NCBI GenBank assembly: GCA_964016885.1
Contig: OZ024743.1
Coordinates: 196,044,001-196,108,000, forward strand
Direction of reading: 5' to 3'
Length of the DNA: 64,000 nucleotides
Source of the DNA: Eledone cirrhosa
Taxonomy: Eukaryota
Shown here: piece after piece, positions 1-12,629 of the stretch
Numbering within the stretch: the stretch's first letter is position 1
Layout of the letters: each line of letters starts with the position of its first letter
Translations under genes and position numbers: made by a program
Notes under the pieces: generated by a model
Told to the model about the DNA's origin: nothing
The model's input: only the letters and a program-made list of their open reading frames with translations
The model's database searches: none

Positions 1-1130
1 GCTTTTTTAGATGTTCATACTTTTATCTACTGAATTTGGAAACTTAATATTTCCAAACAAACTACATGGAAATCATACGGAAAACTATAATTTCAGAACC
101 ACGAAATATTTTAATGAGGAACAGTTTCACCATATCACGTCATAGTAATGCTTAGAACGAGCATGAAAGTTTGACTTTCATGCTCGTTTCACTTTTACAT
201 ATTACAATACATAAAAACAAACTTAAGGGCTAACTAATTTCTTTTAATATATTATATTATTACCATTAGAAAATATTTTGTAAACATATATATTTTTTGG
301 TGTTAGATATTTTCTTCCTTAAACATTCTTTTCTTTTTCTTCTTTGCCTTCTGCGCTCATTTTTAAACAAACTATTTCCGTACACATATTACGCACACAT
401 TATTACATTACATAAAAACAAATTTAAACCCTAACTAATTCCTCTAAATTCATAACTCATTCATTCTGCTCCTTCTTTTCACATTATATCCTTAATAACA
501 TTAATATTTTTATTTTAATAATTTCTTTTCCTCGCACATTTTATTAAACCCTTCAATATACAAACCTTAATTTAATATTATTCTTAATTCCTTTTTCTCT
601 TCATGCATAAACCTCATTAACTTTTAATTTCAAATTCTTTTAAATTATCTATTATCTTCCAACGGCTTTTTAACTTCTCTCTGTGAGACAATATATTTTT
701 TTTTCTCAGTTGTAAAGGCTATCTCTCTCTCTCTATCACCCATCTCCCCTCCTCTCTCATCCTTATACTCCTCCCCCACCATTCTTTACTCTCATCTCCT
801 CTTCTTCCTTCCCTTTTCCAGCCCCCTCTCACTTTTTCCCAATCTCATACATCAATCTTAAATTATTTTTCATATGTTGATTTAAAACTTCACTATTCAC
901 AAGTGTTTTTTAAGCTTCATATGATGTATCCCTATTTTATCTGATGAGAACGCAGATATCATCCCATGATGATATTTGTTTTTGAAATGCGCATAATAAA
1001 ATACTTGGAACTATTTTAACCATCTTTTGATCTTATATTATTTATACTCCAGTCCTACAAACTGTAGAGTGCTACTTATCCGATATTTGCATTGCTTTAT
1101 TGTGCTACAATAAAACTCACCTCCTTCACA
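1..1130 (+). mobile_element. 3' end (3'UTR + pLTR) of a PLE of the same family as the 26.6-32.2 kb element
   Basis: About 870-1130 is near-identical to 29265-29490 and 32030-32195, and to the reverse complement of 26590-26830. It ends in (TA)n. Confidence 0.8.
933..1003 (+). ncRNA. Type I hammerhead ribozyme (PLE pLTR)
   Basis: Stem I tattttat/ataaaata; CTGATGA at 941; stem II cagatatcatc/gatgatatttg; GAAA at 984; palindromic stem III ATGCGCAT; AUA cleavage triplet. Confidence 0.85.
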
Positions 1131-1154
1131 CATATATATATATATATATATATA

Positions 1155-1197
<43 letters not shown>

Positions 1198-1199
<2 letters not shown>

Positions 1200-1640
1200 G
1201 TTATTCCGGGTTGAATCGGAGGTAACCACAGTAAGTAAGGTACTCAATACATTGCAGAGTATAAAAGTTTTAATATAGATGAGATTCTGCAGGACTAGAA
1301 CTGTTTCATTCTTTAGAAATCATCAGGAATCTGGGTATCAAAAAATAAATATGGTATTTATAGATCTCTTCAGGTGGTAGGAGAGGGTGGAGAGTGGGAT
1401 GGGTGTAGGTCATTGGTTGATAGAAAAGGGAATTCATTAAAACCTAATTAGTCACATCAAAGTTCATTTTTGATTCAAACAGACATGTTGTTATTGTCAC
1501 CATACGCTATTGTTTTAAAGTAGACAGGGAGAGTACTGAGTTTTGACAAGTACCAATCAGTATGAAACAGCGCTGTCAACTTATCCTCCCCTGCCGAAAA
1601 TTTAAGTAAGCGACATTGTCGCTACTTTAAAACAATAGCG
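1198..1640 (-). mobile_element. PLE pLTR remnant with a mutated HHR (1282-1332)
   Basis: Minus strand reads agattc-CTGATGA-tttctaaagaat-GAAA-cag...ctg-CA-gaatct. U16.1 is replaced by C. Flanked by (TA)n. Confidence 0.6.
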
Positions 1641-1710
1641 TATGGGCTTGAAAATGTTTTCAATTAAGCATACAGTGTATTGCAAAATACACTATATATA
1701 CATTCATATA

Positions 1711-1793
<83 letters not shown>

Positions 1794-1806
1794 ATATATA
1801 TATACC

Positions 1807-1829
<23 letters not shown>

Positions 1830-1837
<8 letters not shown>

Positions 1838-2162
1838 GTGAGGTTTTTTTACAAATTGAAAAATAACCGAGGTGTCCTACACGAGTGAAAGTATAAAGAA
1901 AAAGAGATGAAATCGAAAATGCAACTGGAGTCTTATTTTTTTTTTAAATATATATATTTATTTGGTTCCTTTACCGGTTTCGCAGTTCTTCTGCTTTTCA
2001 AAAGTAGAGTTGAGATGGAGGGTCTAAAAACCACAGACCCTCCATCTCAACTCTACTTTTGAAAAGCAGAAGAACTGCGAAACCGGTAAAGGAACCAAAT
2101 AAATATATATATTTTTTTTAAAATAAGACTCCAGTTGCATTTTCGATTTCATCTCTTTTTCT
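1830..2162. mobile_element. Palindromic mini-PLE remnant (inverted pLTR pair) in (TA)n
   Basis: Near-perfect inverted arms at about 1898-2025 and 2035-2162 with a 9-nt spacer. Each arm holds an HHR-like motif. Confidence 0.75.
2054..2093 (+). ncRNA. Minimal HHR, U3-A8 core variant (mirror copy 1967-2006 on minus)
   Basis: ctt-TTGAAAA-gcag aagaa ctgc-GAAA-ccgg-TA-aag. Palindromic stem III ACCGGT; stem I is short. Confidence 0.6.
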
Positions 2163-2165
2163 ATC

Positions 2166-2198
<33 letters not shown>

Positions 2199-2323
2199 TG
2201 TGTATATATATATATTTATATATATATTGTGTATATATATATATTGTGTATATATATATATTGTGTATATATATATTGTATATATATATATATTGTGTAT
2301 ATATATATATTTATATATATATA

Positions 2324-2429
<106 letters not shown>

Positions 2430-2658
2430 AACACACAGATACATGCGGACACACACATATATACATGAATGCATCCGCACCCAACTGTGAGTTAAGGGTG
2501 CCAACTTCACCGATGTTGCTCAATGAATGACTGGGACAGACCAATTCAGTTTGAACCAGACTGAACCAGTATCAGAGTTAAAAATACATTATGAAGAGAG
2601 AAGAAACATTTAGATATAATTAGTAATAAAATGTATCATACCTAAACTGCTCCTAAAT

Positions 2659-2746
2659 TCCTCGACTACGTAGTTTCGTGGCATAAAGAAAAACAATATA
2701 TGAAAGATATAGAGTCCTTGCGAGGTCTGCCGACTTATCAAGAGGA
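2659..2746 (-). ncRNA. HHR, U3-A8 core variant, in a PLE remnant
   Basis: Minus strand reads tcctc-TTGATAA-gtcggca...tgccac-GAAA-ctacgtag-TC-gagga. Palindromic stem III and GUC triplet. Confidence 0.7.
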
Positions 2747-2866
2747 TACCTCATTTTACTAGTCTCAAGAACGCGTCTACACGACGTGAGAAAGAATCCC
2801 AAAAGGCGGAGGGGGAGATAGTCACGCGATATAACGGTCGAGAAACAGAGCTAAGCCTCTTATAAC

Positions 2867-2908
<42 letters not shown>

Positions 2909-3882
2909 ATAGCAACTGCTGAAATTATCTTCATAAATAGCAGAACTCTGACGCAGGTGGTGGCATTGTTTGGCGATGAAATAGATCGTATAGATAATAC
3001 ATCTATACACAACATAAGACTGCTTAACTTATTTAATGATACATGTTTTTTTTTCCTCATTTTATAAGTTATATATAATATATTAATTATGTTCTCTTAT
3101 ACTTTGCATTCGATAGCTTTTCGTGTAATGTTTCTCGATCTATTTGTACTTACTGATGGTTGAAATTTCAATAGCGATAAAAATGTTTCTTATTCTATTT
3201 GAATTCAAAAGGTAGAATAAGAAAAATTAATTTAAAAGGCATGTTACTTTATAGCTCAAATTTATTAATATTGAGTAAGCGTATATTAGTTGAATACTTC
3301 TTATCGACTGGGAATGTATCCTATATCTTGCCACATAGTTTTAGGGACACATGCTTCTGCAGTTTATTCTTATGCCTGAGAATATATCCAATTGTCGGGC
3401 GTGAAGAATCTAGTATATATGATCTAACAGGATTTGCGTCTAAAATCTGTACAAGGTATCGTTACTGGGATATTATTAAGAAACATTATCTCGGTTTGCA
3501 CAAACTCGCAATCAATTTTCTTAACGTTATATTTCAACACGTCGCATGTAGTTGACAAGAGCCAGTTATCTCTTCTGATATGGAATCCGAGTCGTTGACG
3601 GTTAATGTGTGAGAATAACTCCTATCTTCTAAATATTCAGTTATTGACATTCTAGACCAATGTCACGGCTGTTCCACAAATGGTTAGTGAGATTGCAAAA
3701 TCCCACTGCGGCTAAATAACATTAAGTAAGATGAGAAAATATATGAAGGAATAGAGTAGTTTCGATGTTGTACAATCAACTGCGATTGATGTCAGTGTTT
3801 TGGAAATACAAGTTCTGAATTTTGAAAGTCGAGCCAAACAATTTTGCTGCAAAAGTGAAGTAGCCAGCAATTAAAATAATAT

Positions 3883-4080
3883 ATAATTGTTTCTACGTTT
3901 TGCACAAGGCCAGCAATTATCCCAATGTATTACTGGTACTTTATTTTATCGACCCCGTAAGGATGTTTTCATTAAGCAAAATTAACCTCGGCGGGATTTG
4001 AACTCAGACCATAAAGGGACGTAACTCTTTGCTGCAAATCATGGCGTCAGACACTCTCCCGATACCGCTAATCCACCGCC
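3883..4080 (-). mobile_element. tRNA-derived SINE (Nin/Deu-domain-like, octopus type)
   Basis: B box GAGTTCAAATCCC and core CATCCTTACGGGGTCGATAAAATAAAGTACCAG; many copies in this window. Confidence 0.85.
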
Positions 4081-4877
4081 ATAAAATAATATATAATAGA
4101 AGTATATGCAAGAGATCCTTACTCCTTGGATTCCATGATTTTCTGTTCCTTAAATATATTTCTACTTAATTACTGTAGTATATTGCAGGTTTTCTAAACA
4201 AAACAGGGAATGTATCAACGAGAAATTATATAACTTTGATCATTATGACAGACACTCACTATATGACAGTGATCTCCAAAAAGTGTCTTGGAGGCTGAAC
4301 TGATGGATTTGATCAAATCAATGACCGTAGACTTTCACTGTTCTTTTCATTTAATTTGAATATAATGTAAGTTGAATTACATGTCTACAATCCCACATTA
4401 AGTATCTTGCAGTTGCTCTACCAAACACTTTTCCTGTTTGTTGTCGAAGTGTTCAGCTGAGTTCGGTCAATTCAGCTATTCCTAGAAATGATACACCTAC
4501 CCACCTTGTTGATTGTTCTTTACGCATTACCAATGTCTGGCTATCCTTATTCTTAATTGATGCACATTAATAACGTACAGCAGTAACCATTCCAGATATA
4601 GGGCCAAATCCTGCAGATATATTCCATAGATCTTACCTTAGAACTATACTTTTGATTTTGGGGTGTGATTCCATCACGTACGAGGCTAAGTATACTGCAG
4701 AACACACCATCAACGTACGACAGAGGAAGATGGTTGACTGTGTGCTATGCTTGTCAGTAAAAGCGCCATTGAAGGCTTCCCTCGAACGGAAGCCAAAGAG
4801 TCTCGTCATGACTTGGTTGATTACTGTACAGGAAGAGATTTGGCAGACATGGGTTGGCCTGGTCTCGGTCCAGAAGA

Positions 4878-4924
<47 letters not shown>

Positions 4925-6902
4925 TACATACACAAACACAAACACACATACACACACATATACACACAGACATGCACACACACACGCACGCACACACACG
5001 CATACACATACAAACACACAGGCACACACGCATTTTGCTACTACATTAAAGCACGCTGCTGAACTCAACAATTTTGATAAAGTAATTTGTATGTGCATAT
5101 CGAACCTAATTTGTCAACTGCTAATATATAGTTTTTTTTTGTTTCATTCCAAACATTCTACGATTTATGTCACAGTAAACTGGATTAAAGTTTTGGCGAA
5201 GCTAGAAACCACAATTACTCCGATACATATACGACATTGTTGAAAACGTTAAGTATATCCAAATGATTAATACCATAATTTTAAATGCGCAGTATACTGA
5301 CGTTTTTATTATGTGTATCTATGATTGCAGTGGGTATTATTACATGATTATTTAAATATATTTTGATGTCTAGGATTCAATGTTTAACTTGAAACCGAGA
5401 TATTCAAATTACTAAGCTACACAATTGATTTTCATTGTGTGCAGCATACTTAACAGAAATGAACATGCAAGATAACTTCAGGTTTGCAATTTTAAAATAA
5501 GAAATATTCATACATATAATCATTGAACCATTAATGGATGTTATTTCCAAATTATCTTCATACATGTTCTCTATACGAACAGATGGCAGGATAGGAGAGT
5601 GGTGGCATGCAACGTAACACTACCATTGGAATTTTATAAGTTATGTTTTTATTTTCTTTCGATTTACCCACTTTGCATATTGTATTTCCTATTAACATTC
5701 CCATGTCTCCACACTGTCTGGTTAGTAGTTTGAGGTTTCTTAACAGAAAGTATTCTATGATAAGAGAGCTGAGTAGACACATTCTCTCAAGCTTCAAATT
5801 GTGTTTGTAACGTAATTTATCTTTAAGAACATATTTTTTTGTCCTCTTCAGTGTTCTTATATTCGTAGACGCTTCTGAATCCATAATGTTGAACATTGAA
5901 CCGACTCTAATGCTTATGAATGAAGTAATTCATTTGTATGCCATTCTTGTTGGGCTAGTTAGTGTTGATATTGTTCGTTTTGTTTACACATGTCCCCCAG
6001 AGCTCTCTAAATTATACATTTTTTCTTATAGCAGAAACAAACAAAATAGATATTATTACATATTTGCATGTTGACTTCAAACTATACTATAAACATATGG
6101 GAATACTTTAAAAAAACTGCAGAGACTGCCAACGGCGTTCGACTGGGGAATGGAAATCTAGCTCTTAGAGAAAAGATTGTTTTGAAATAATTCCCCAAAT
6201 GTTTTCAGGGGCTTTCCTCTATGCTATTTCCGGTTTGATATGTATACAGGGACTATCATGTGTAACTCTAGTCAACTTAGTGGCATATGTACTCACTAGA
6301 GAACAATATTCGCAAATTTCTTTAACAAGGTCGGAGCTATTCGTTTGATTTGCCTGTCATACATTTGTTTTATATTCTCTCCGTTTAATTTCAAATGTTT
6401 TTCGCACCAAACGAGGTGTGAGTTCGTTCATCCGCCAACGATCTCATTAACAATAAGTGTTACTATCGTTTAAATACTAGTATTTTCATCTACCACGCTC
6501 ATCGGACATACTATACTATTCTTTTTCATATAATTTTATCTAGTTATTCCTATGTTCTAGGAATTCATATATACATATCAAAGCATTTCTCTTGATGATT
6601 ATCTTTACTAAAATATTGTTTATATTCTCAATAGTAAACTTATGCATTATTATGGTCTCATTCAAAATATCTCAATTCACCATACATCAATAATTCACAT
6701 CAGACACTTGTGAAATGATATTATTTCAGAGCAGAGTTTAATCTCTGTTGTCAATCATATTTGTTATTCATTAACAGATTCAACGGAGCCACATAGCTAT
6801 TGAGACAGGGTTTTTAGGCAATGTTTCTTTAATACACACATATGTTTACATATACATACATATATACATACATGTGTACATACATGCATACATAAATAGA
6901 TG

Positions 6903-6939
<37 letters not shown>

Positions 6940-7119
6940 TATAATAAGAGCATTGTCTGTCTGATCGTCCATCCGTCTGTCTCACTCACTGTATATACAG
7001 AGGGGGAGCGCCAAGCGAGAGATAAGTACTTAGATAGAGAGAGAAAAGTGAACGCCGTGTGTTTTCGAGGTGACAGAAAGATGTAGATAGACAGGAAGTT
7101 ATGACATCGCCCTCATCTA

Positions 7120-7159
<40 letters not shown>

Positions 7160-7250
7160 CGAAGGAAAAGTGGTAAGGAACCAGGTGGACCATAACGCAC
7201 CAAAGTACTCAATACCTAGGGTAGTAGTGTGGGTAATAGGAACAAGTAAG

Positions 7251-7344
7251 ACCCCGACGGCTGAGCTCAAGCCGTTTCGACGGCTAATTCTGGAGTGAAT
7301 GAAAATTTATTCTGGTATTTAAATAGCCCAGCTTATCAAGGGGT
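7251..7344 (-). ncRNA. HHR, U3-A8 variant (inverted copy of 9342-9435)
   Basis: Same core and stems in reverse complement. Confidence 0.75.
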
Positions 7345-8912
7345 AATTCCATATATGGTCAAAAAGATAATCACCAGGATTGGTCACATCACAAGTTAGT
7401 AGTAAATCTGTGATGGCAAATTGGTGGGGAAAGGGGTAGCTAAACCTGCCGGTAGGAGAAAAAGGGAGAGGGGGTGGAGTAGACCCATTCATGCGTTGGT
7501 AGTGCCGGCTACAGCTGGGCGTGAGGTCAAAGAAGATACTGGGGAGGGGGAGGGGGAGGAAGTCGAAACGGTAAGTAGAACAATAAAGGGTAAAACTATA
7601 AAAAGTACTGAGAGAGAAAAAAAAATAAGCAAAGTCTGGTTACTAAGACTTAAGTCTCTCACTATTGCTAGGCTAAAGAAATACATAAATAAATAAATAA
7701 ACAAATAAGTGAATAAAAGAATAGATAAATAAATTTTGAAAAAAAAAAAATATATATATAATGAAGAATAAAAAATAAATAATAATAATAAAAATAAACT
7801 AGGTGGGACGGAAATAAAGGGACCCTTATACGAGGTATAAGTGCGTGTATCGTACGGTGACGGTCACCAAAATACTAAAGAGACTACCACGAAATAATAA
7901 AGGTTTCTACCCCAATCACAGGGCCAGCAACCACCCAGTGCAAGAAAGTAAACTAGTACGAGAATATAATTCAGGGTCCCGCAAAAAAATACTAGTGCTA
8001 ACTCTAAGGGTACCGCCACGAAACAAAAAGTCTTATATAAGCTACATGAAAGATGAACTGGTTACTGCTTGTAAACACCGATTACGTAGGACTTACCTCG
8101 CCCTCAAACCCCATAATGACCCGGGGGGGGGGGGGGTAGACTGAGGCTATGACACCCCACTTGCCTATTTTGTAATGGGTAACCCCTGCTTGCCAATGGA
8201 GACGTAAGATCTTCTTTTACATTCTTTTATCGCTTCCTCTATATTTCCTCTTTCCCCCCATCCCTCCCTAGTCCTTCTATCCCAGTTCCTTTTCTTTGTC
8301 GTCATCTTTTTCTCGCCCACCCGAGGTAGCCCCTCGGTCCCTTGTAGCTTCAGCACCCCCACCCCCTCCCCTATTCTATGATAGATTTGGCTGACTCCGC
8401 TTTATATAGCAGAGGTGTTAGACTTCGGATACTTGCCCCCTTCTCCGACGCTGTCCCTTTTTTCCGTGCCTTCTATATTTCTTAGTGGCATCTTTGCTTT
8501 AATTTCTCGTTTATCCAGTATTTCTTTCTTCTTTTTCCCTTTTTTTTTGGGGGGGGGGTGTTTCTGTATTAATTTTCCGTTCTTTACTTTTACTTCGTAC
8601 GATCTTTCATGTAGCTTGTATAAGACTTTTTTGTTTCGTGGCGGTACCCTTAGAGTTAGCACTAGTATTTTTTTGCGGGACCCTGAATTATATTCTCGTA
8701 CTAGTTTACTTTCTTGCACTGGGTGGTTGCTGGCCCTGTGATTGGGGTAGAAACCTTTATTATTTCGTGGTAGTCTCTTTAGCATTTTGCCCCCCCCCCC
8801 CTTTGTTGACCCGTCACCGTACGATACACGCACTTATACCTCGTATAAGGGTCCCTTTATTTCCGTCCCACCTAGTTTATTTTTATTATTATTATTTATT
8901 TTTTTATTCTTC

Positions 8913-8948
<36 letters not shown>

Positions 8949-9341
8949 TTTATTTATTTATCTATTCTTTTATTCACTTATTTGTTTATTTATTTATTTA
9001 TGTATTTCTTTAGCCCAGCAATAGCGAGAGACTTAAGTCTTAGTAACCAGACTTTGCTTATTTTTGTTTCTCTCTCAGTACTTTTTATAGTTTTACCCTT
9101 CATTGTTCTACTTACCGTTTCGACTTCCTCCCCCTCCCCCTCCTCAGTATCTTCTTTGACCTCACGCCCAGCTGTAGCCGGCACTACCAACGCATGAATG
9201 GGTCTACTCCACCCCCTCTCCCTTTTTCTCCTACCGGCAGGTTTAGTTACCCCTTCCCCCACCAATTTGCCATCACAGATTTACTACTAACTTGTGATGT
9301 GACCAATCCTGGTGATTATCTCTTTGACCATATATGAAATT

Positions 9342-9435
9342 ACCCCTTGATAAGCTGGGCTATTTAAATACCAGAATAAATGTTCATTCAGTCCAGAATT
9401 AGCCGTCGAAACGGCTTGAGCTCAGCCGTCGGGGT
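9342..9435 (+). ncRNA. HHR, U3-A8 core variant with a stable stem III
   Basis: acccc-TTGATAA-g...ggcta/tagcc...c-GAAA-cggct tgagctc agccg-TC-ggggt. Confidence 0.75.
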
Positions 9436-9443
9436 CTTACTTC

Positions 9444-9519
<76 letters not shown>

Positions 9520-10279
9520 CATATGTATGTATGTGTGTGTGTGTGTGTGTGTGTGTTTGTGTGTGTAAATGTGATTGGAAGACAAATGGCTGCATAAATA
9601 TGGTCAACATTTGTAATAGAAATTAACCCGATAAAGTAACTTAGTTCATGTGTTATAGTCGGTTAACATTGGCTTAGACTGTTATTGCTACATAATTTGA
9701 AAACGCCATAGGAAGATAAGAGAACTTTACTTAGAAGAAAATTAACGAAGTTTAAACAAGGATCGTTCGTTTATCAATGTTCCATTGATAGAAGCAATAG
9801 AAACCACATTAATGTCATATACAATCATGAAAGAGTTAAACCTTCTTCGATAACATGTAACTCAATATACTCAAGAAATTATTAATATCATGCACAAAGA
9901 ATGTTTAGCTTCTCAGATTAGATGTTACAGCCAAAACGATGAATTAGCCAATGGTTATCTTTTTGAGTATACAGTCACGATGCTTTACATGTCCATGAAC
10001 AAAGTCGTACCAAGACATAAACATACATCTATCTGTTATGTGTCAATATACTCGTCACAATATACCCTACAAGATGGCAAATTAACAGAATCATTAGAGC
10101 GTCGGTTAGTACCTGGCGATATTAGCTCCGTCTCTCTCTGCTCTGAATACAAATCGGCCTGATATCAACTTTAACTTTCGTCCTTTGCAAGGCGGTAAAT
10201 AATGTAGTAGTCAAAAAACTGGAGATGCTTCTTCGCTTCCTATCTGTCCATCATCTTCCTTTTTTTCTTTGCCTTCCTT

Positions 10280-10311
<32 letters not shown>

Positions 10312-10369
10312 GTTTGTTTTTTTTCTTTCTTTGAATAGGCTATGAGCTTTTGGTGTAGTGATACGGCTC

Positions 10370-10660
10370 TAATTTATTTATACACCAATAACCAGTTGTG
10401 GAAACTTCCGGTTTTCTTGGCCCATGGACCCCATCACTACTCACTGCTATCTGGGCGGAGTTGGTCGCCCGCAGATGAGAGCCCACGAGGTGGAATGGCT
10501 TTTTCAGCGCGTCTCCCTCGCCCTCATCTGGGACAATGCATTCTCCATCTTTTCGGCCGGGACCCAGAGGTGGAGGGTAAGTTAGTTGGTTGTGTAAGAT
10601 ACTCGTTCGGACGTCACTTCTACAACTAAAGCATATTTATATTTATACAATTATATGTCT
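10370..10660 (+). mobile_element. 3' remnant of a CRE-like (RLE-type) non-LTR retrotransposon
   Basis: Frameshifted translation VETSGFLGP...EWLFQRVSLALIWDNAFSIF resembles the RLE C-terminal VET.G.WG...LFQRLSIAIQRGNA motif. Confidence 0.6.
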
Positions 10661-12039
10661 ATGTATACAGTACTTGACTGCATGTGTTCGCCTAATAACC
10701 AGCATCTATCGAATCAGAATGTGATATCAATGGGCCAAGCAACGCTTCTAGACGACCTTAGACTGAATCCGTACCCGGATAAAGAAAAACTCAGTACTAA
10801 ATTCCAAGATCTACAACAGATCAAATAAAACGTCTAACAATACAATGACTCCAATACTAAATGTAATCATTCAGATAACAATTAGCAGATACATCTCGTT
10901 CGTTTAGATCAAAGACAGATAAATTCATATACTTAGTTAGACACAGCGAAAGTCTACACAGAGGCAAAATGTCAGTGATGAAATCTTAATTTTGAAGAGC
11001 GTTTAGATTCTCCTCTACCAATGATGTACCAGTTAAAGACTTTCAAAGACTAAAACAATGATGTATCAACAACAGACATGCTAACAGACTAACAGAGCAA
11101 AACACACAAATACAGAACAACCTAAAACATTGATTAACATTGCTATTAAAAACATAGTATATTTCAACATAGTATTGTTGAATACATCAAAATACTGCCA
11201 AATAGAATACAGAACCACATTATCAAACATTTTCTTTTTTTATGTGGTAGAGTATGGTTTTAGAAAGAATTGACTATTATTTCTATCAAATCGAGCAGCT
11301 AGTTGGCTTCCTAATTACTTGTTCGATAGTTGGCTATTCCGGTGACAGGAGAAAAACTGTCGAACCTGTGTATTGTTAACCCACCATATTATCGATTCGG
11401 CTGTATCTCTGACTTCACTGTTACTATTACGGTATCAGAAAATGTTATTGTTTTATTTTTGGCAAAAAAATATTTATTTTGTCGTTGCTATTTATTTAGA
11501 TGCTATTAAAATCCGTTGAATGAATCAGATGTGGGATAAATATTGATTTCTTTCCTTGTCACAAATGGAAATAAATTTACAAATCGGATGCAACTTCTGA
11601 ATACCGTGAAGAGAAAATAATTCGACATTTTTGAGCTCACTCTGTCGTCGAAGATTTTGATGATGACGTTCAGCATTAGCTTCTTCGAATTTTATTGTGT
11701 CTAATTTAGAAATATTATGGGCTGATGTTTAGTCAATTGAATCAACCCAAGAACATGTTTGAATTTGATTTTCTCGAACTCGGATTAATAAAGGCAAAAT
11801 TCGAACACAAGGAAAGTTTCAATATTGGATTGTATACAGAGGGACAAAAACTAAATAATGTAAGTCATCTAATATAGCACACACTAGCCTACCTGATCCT
11901 TCACCAAACATATAATGAACACATTTGTATGAGGAGTAATTGTGTTACATTTTTCAAGGGTATTACTAAGAGGGAATAGACGTAAATTTCAAAGAACACA
12001 GAACACGGTAACGATGTTACATTACTCCCAATGCACATT

Positions 12040-12210
12040 AAAGCAGTGAATTAGCAGTATCATTAGAGCTTCGGATTAAATATATCGGTATTTACTTCGG
12101 GCCGCGGCACTTAGATTTCAAATTCCACGGAGGTCACTTTTGTTTTTCATCTTTTATAAGTCGATAAATTTAGCACGAGTCCAGTACGGGGGTTGATTCT
12201 ACCTCTATTG
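12040..12210 (+). mobile_element. Degenerate SINE (other old copies at about 10100-10220 + and 11730-11900 -)
   Basis: ttcaaattccacggaggtcacttttgtttttcatc...gtcgataaa matches the SINE core. Confidence 0.6.
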
Positions 12211-12568
12211 TTCTTTCTTTGGAGGAATTTAACCGTGTTCAGACTTAAAAAGGTATAGGCTCCGCCAGGTTTTAAATGTTCAAGACATGTTGTGTGTCAG
12301 GACAATGATCCTGAGATTCTGTCAGTAGTTTAGAGCATTTCATTTCACAATACACTTTATCACCTGACGAATTTGAATCACGTTCTGATTATCGGTAAGT
12401 CAGATTAAAACGGTCTTAATTTACAATGCCTCCCTCACGCTTGGTAATCTGAATACGATTTCATCTTACCCTCTATGATTCCATTTCAGATTATCCTTGA
12501 AATCATATAACAACGCCCTTTTAGTTAAAATATATACCCACACACACACTCACACACAAACTCACACA

Positions 12569-12629
<61 letters not shown>

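Larger units (their letters stand above)
7160..9446 (+). mobile_element. 5'-truncated Naiad-like PLE with an inverted arm (about 7160-8053 versus 8604-9446)
   Basis: About 800-bp inverted repeat. The junction at about 8052 encodes DELVTACKH, resembling the endonuclease C-terminal EL..CRH motif. HHR in both arms; (TA)n flanks. Confidence 0.75.

Noticed and set aside
4633-4880. Exon-like segment with a minus-strand AAG|GTAAG donor
   Set aside because: No recognisable domain or consistent partner exon; it could be an old LINE remnant.
5558-6500. ORFs suggestive of a DNA transposon or Helitron remnant
   Set aside because: No diagnostic motif could be identified.
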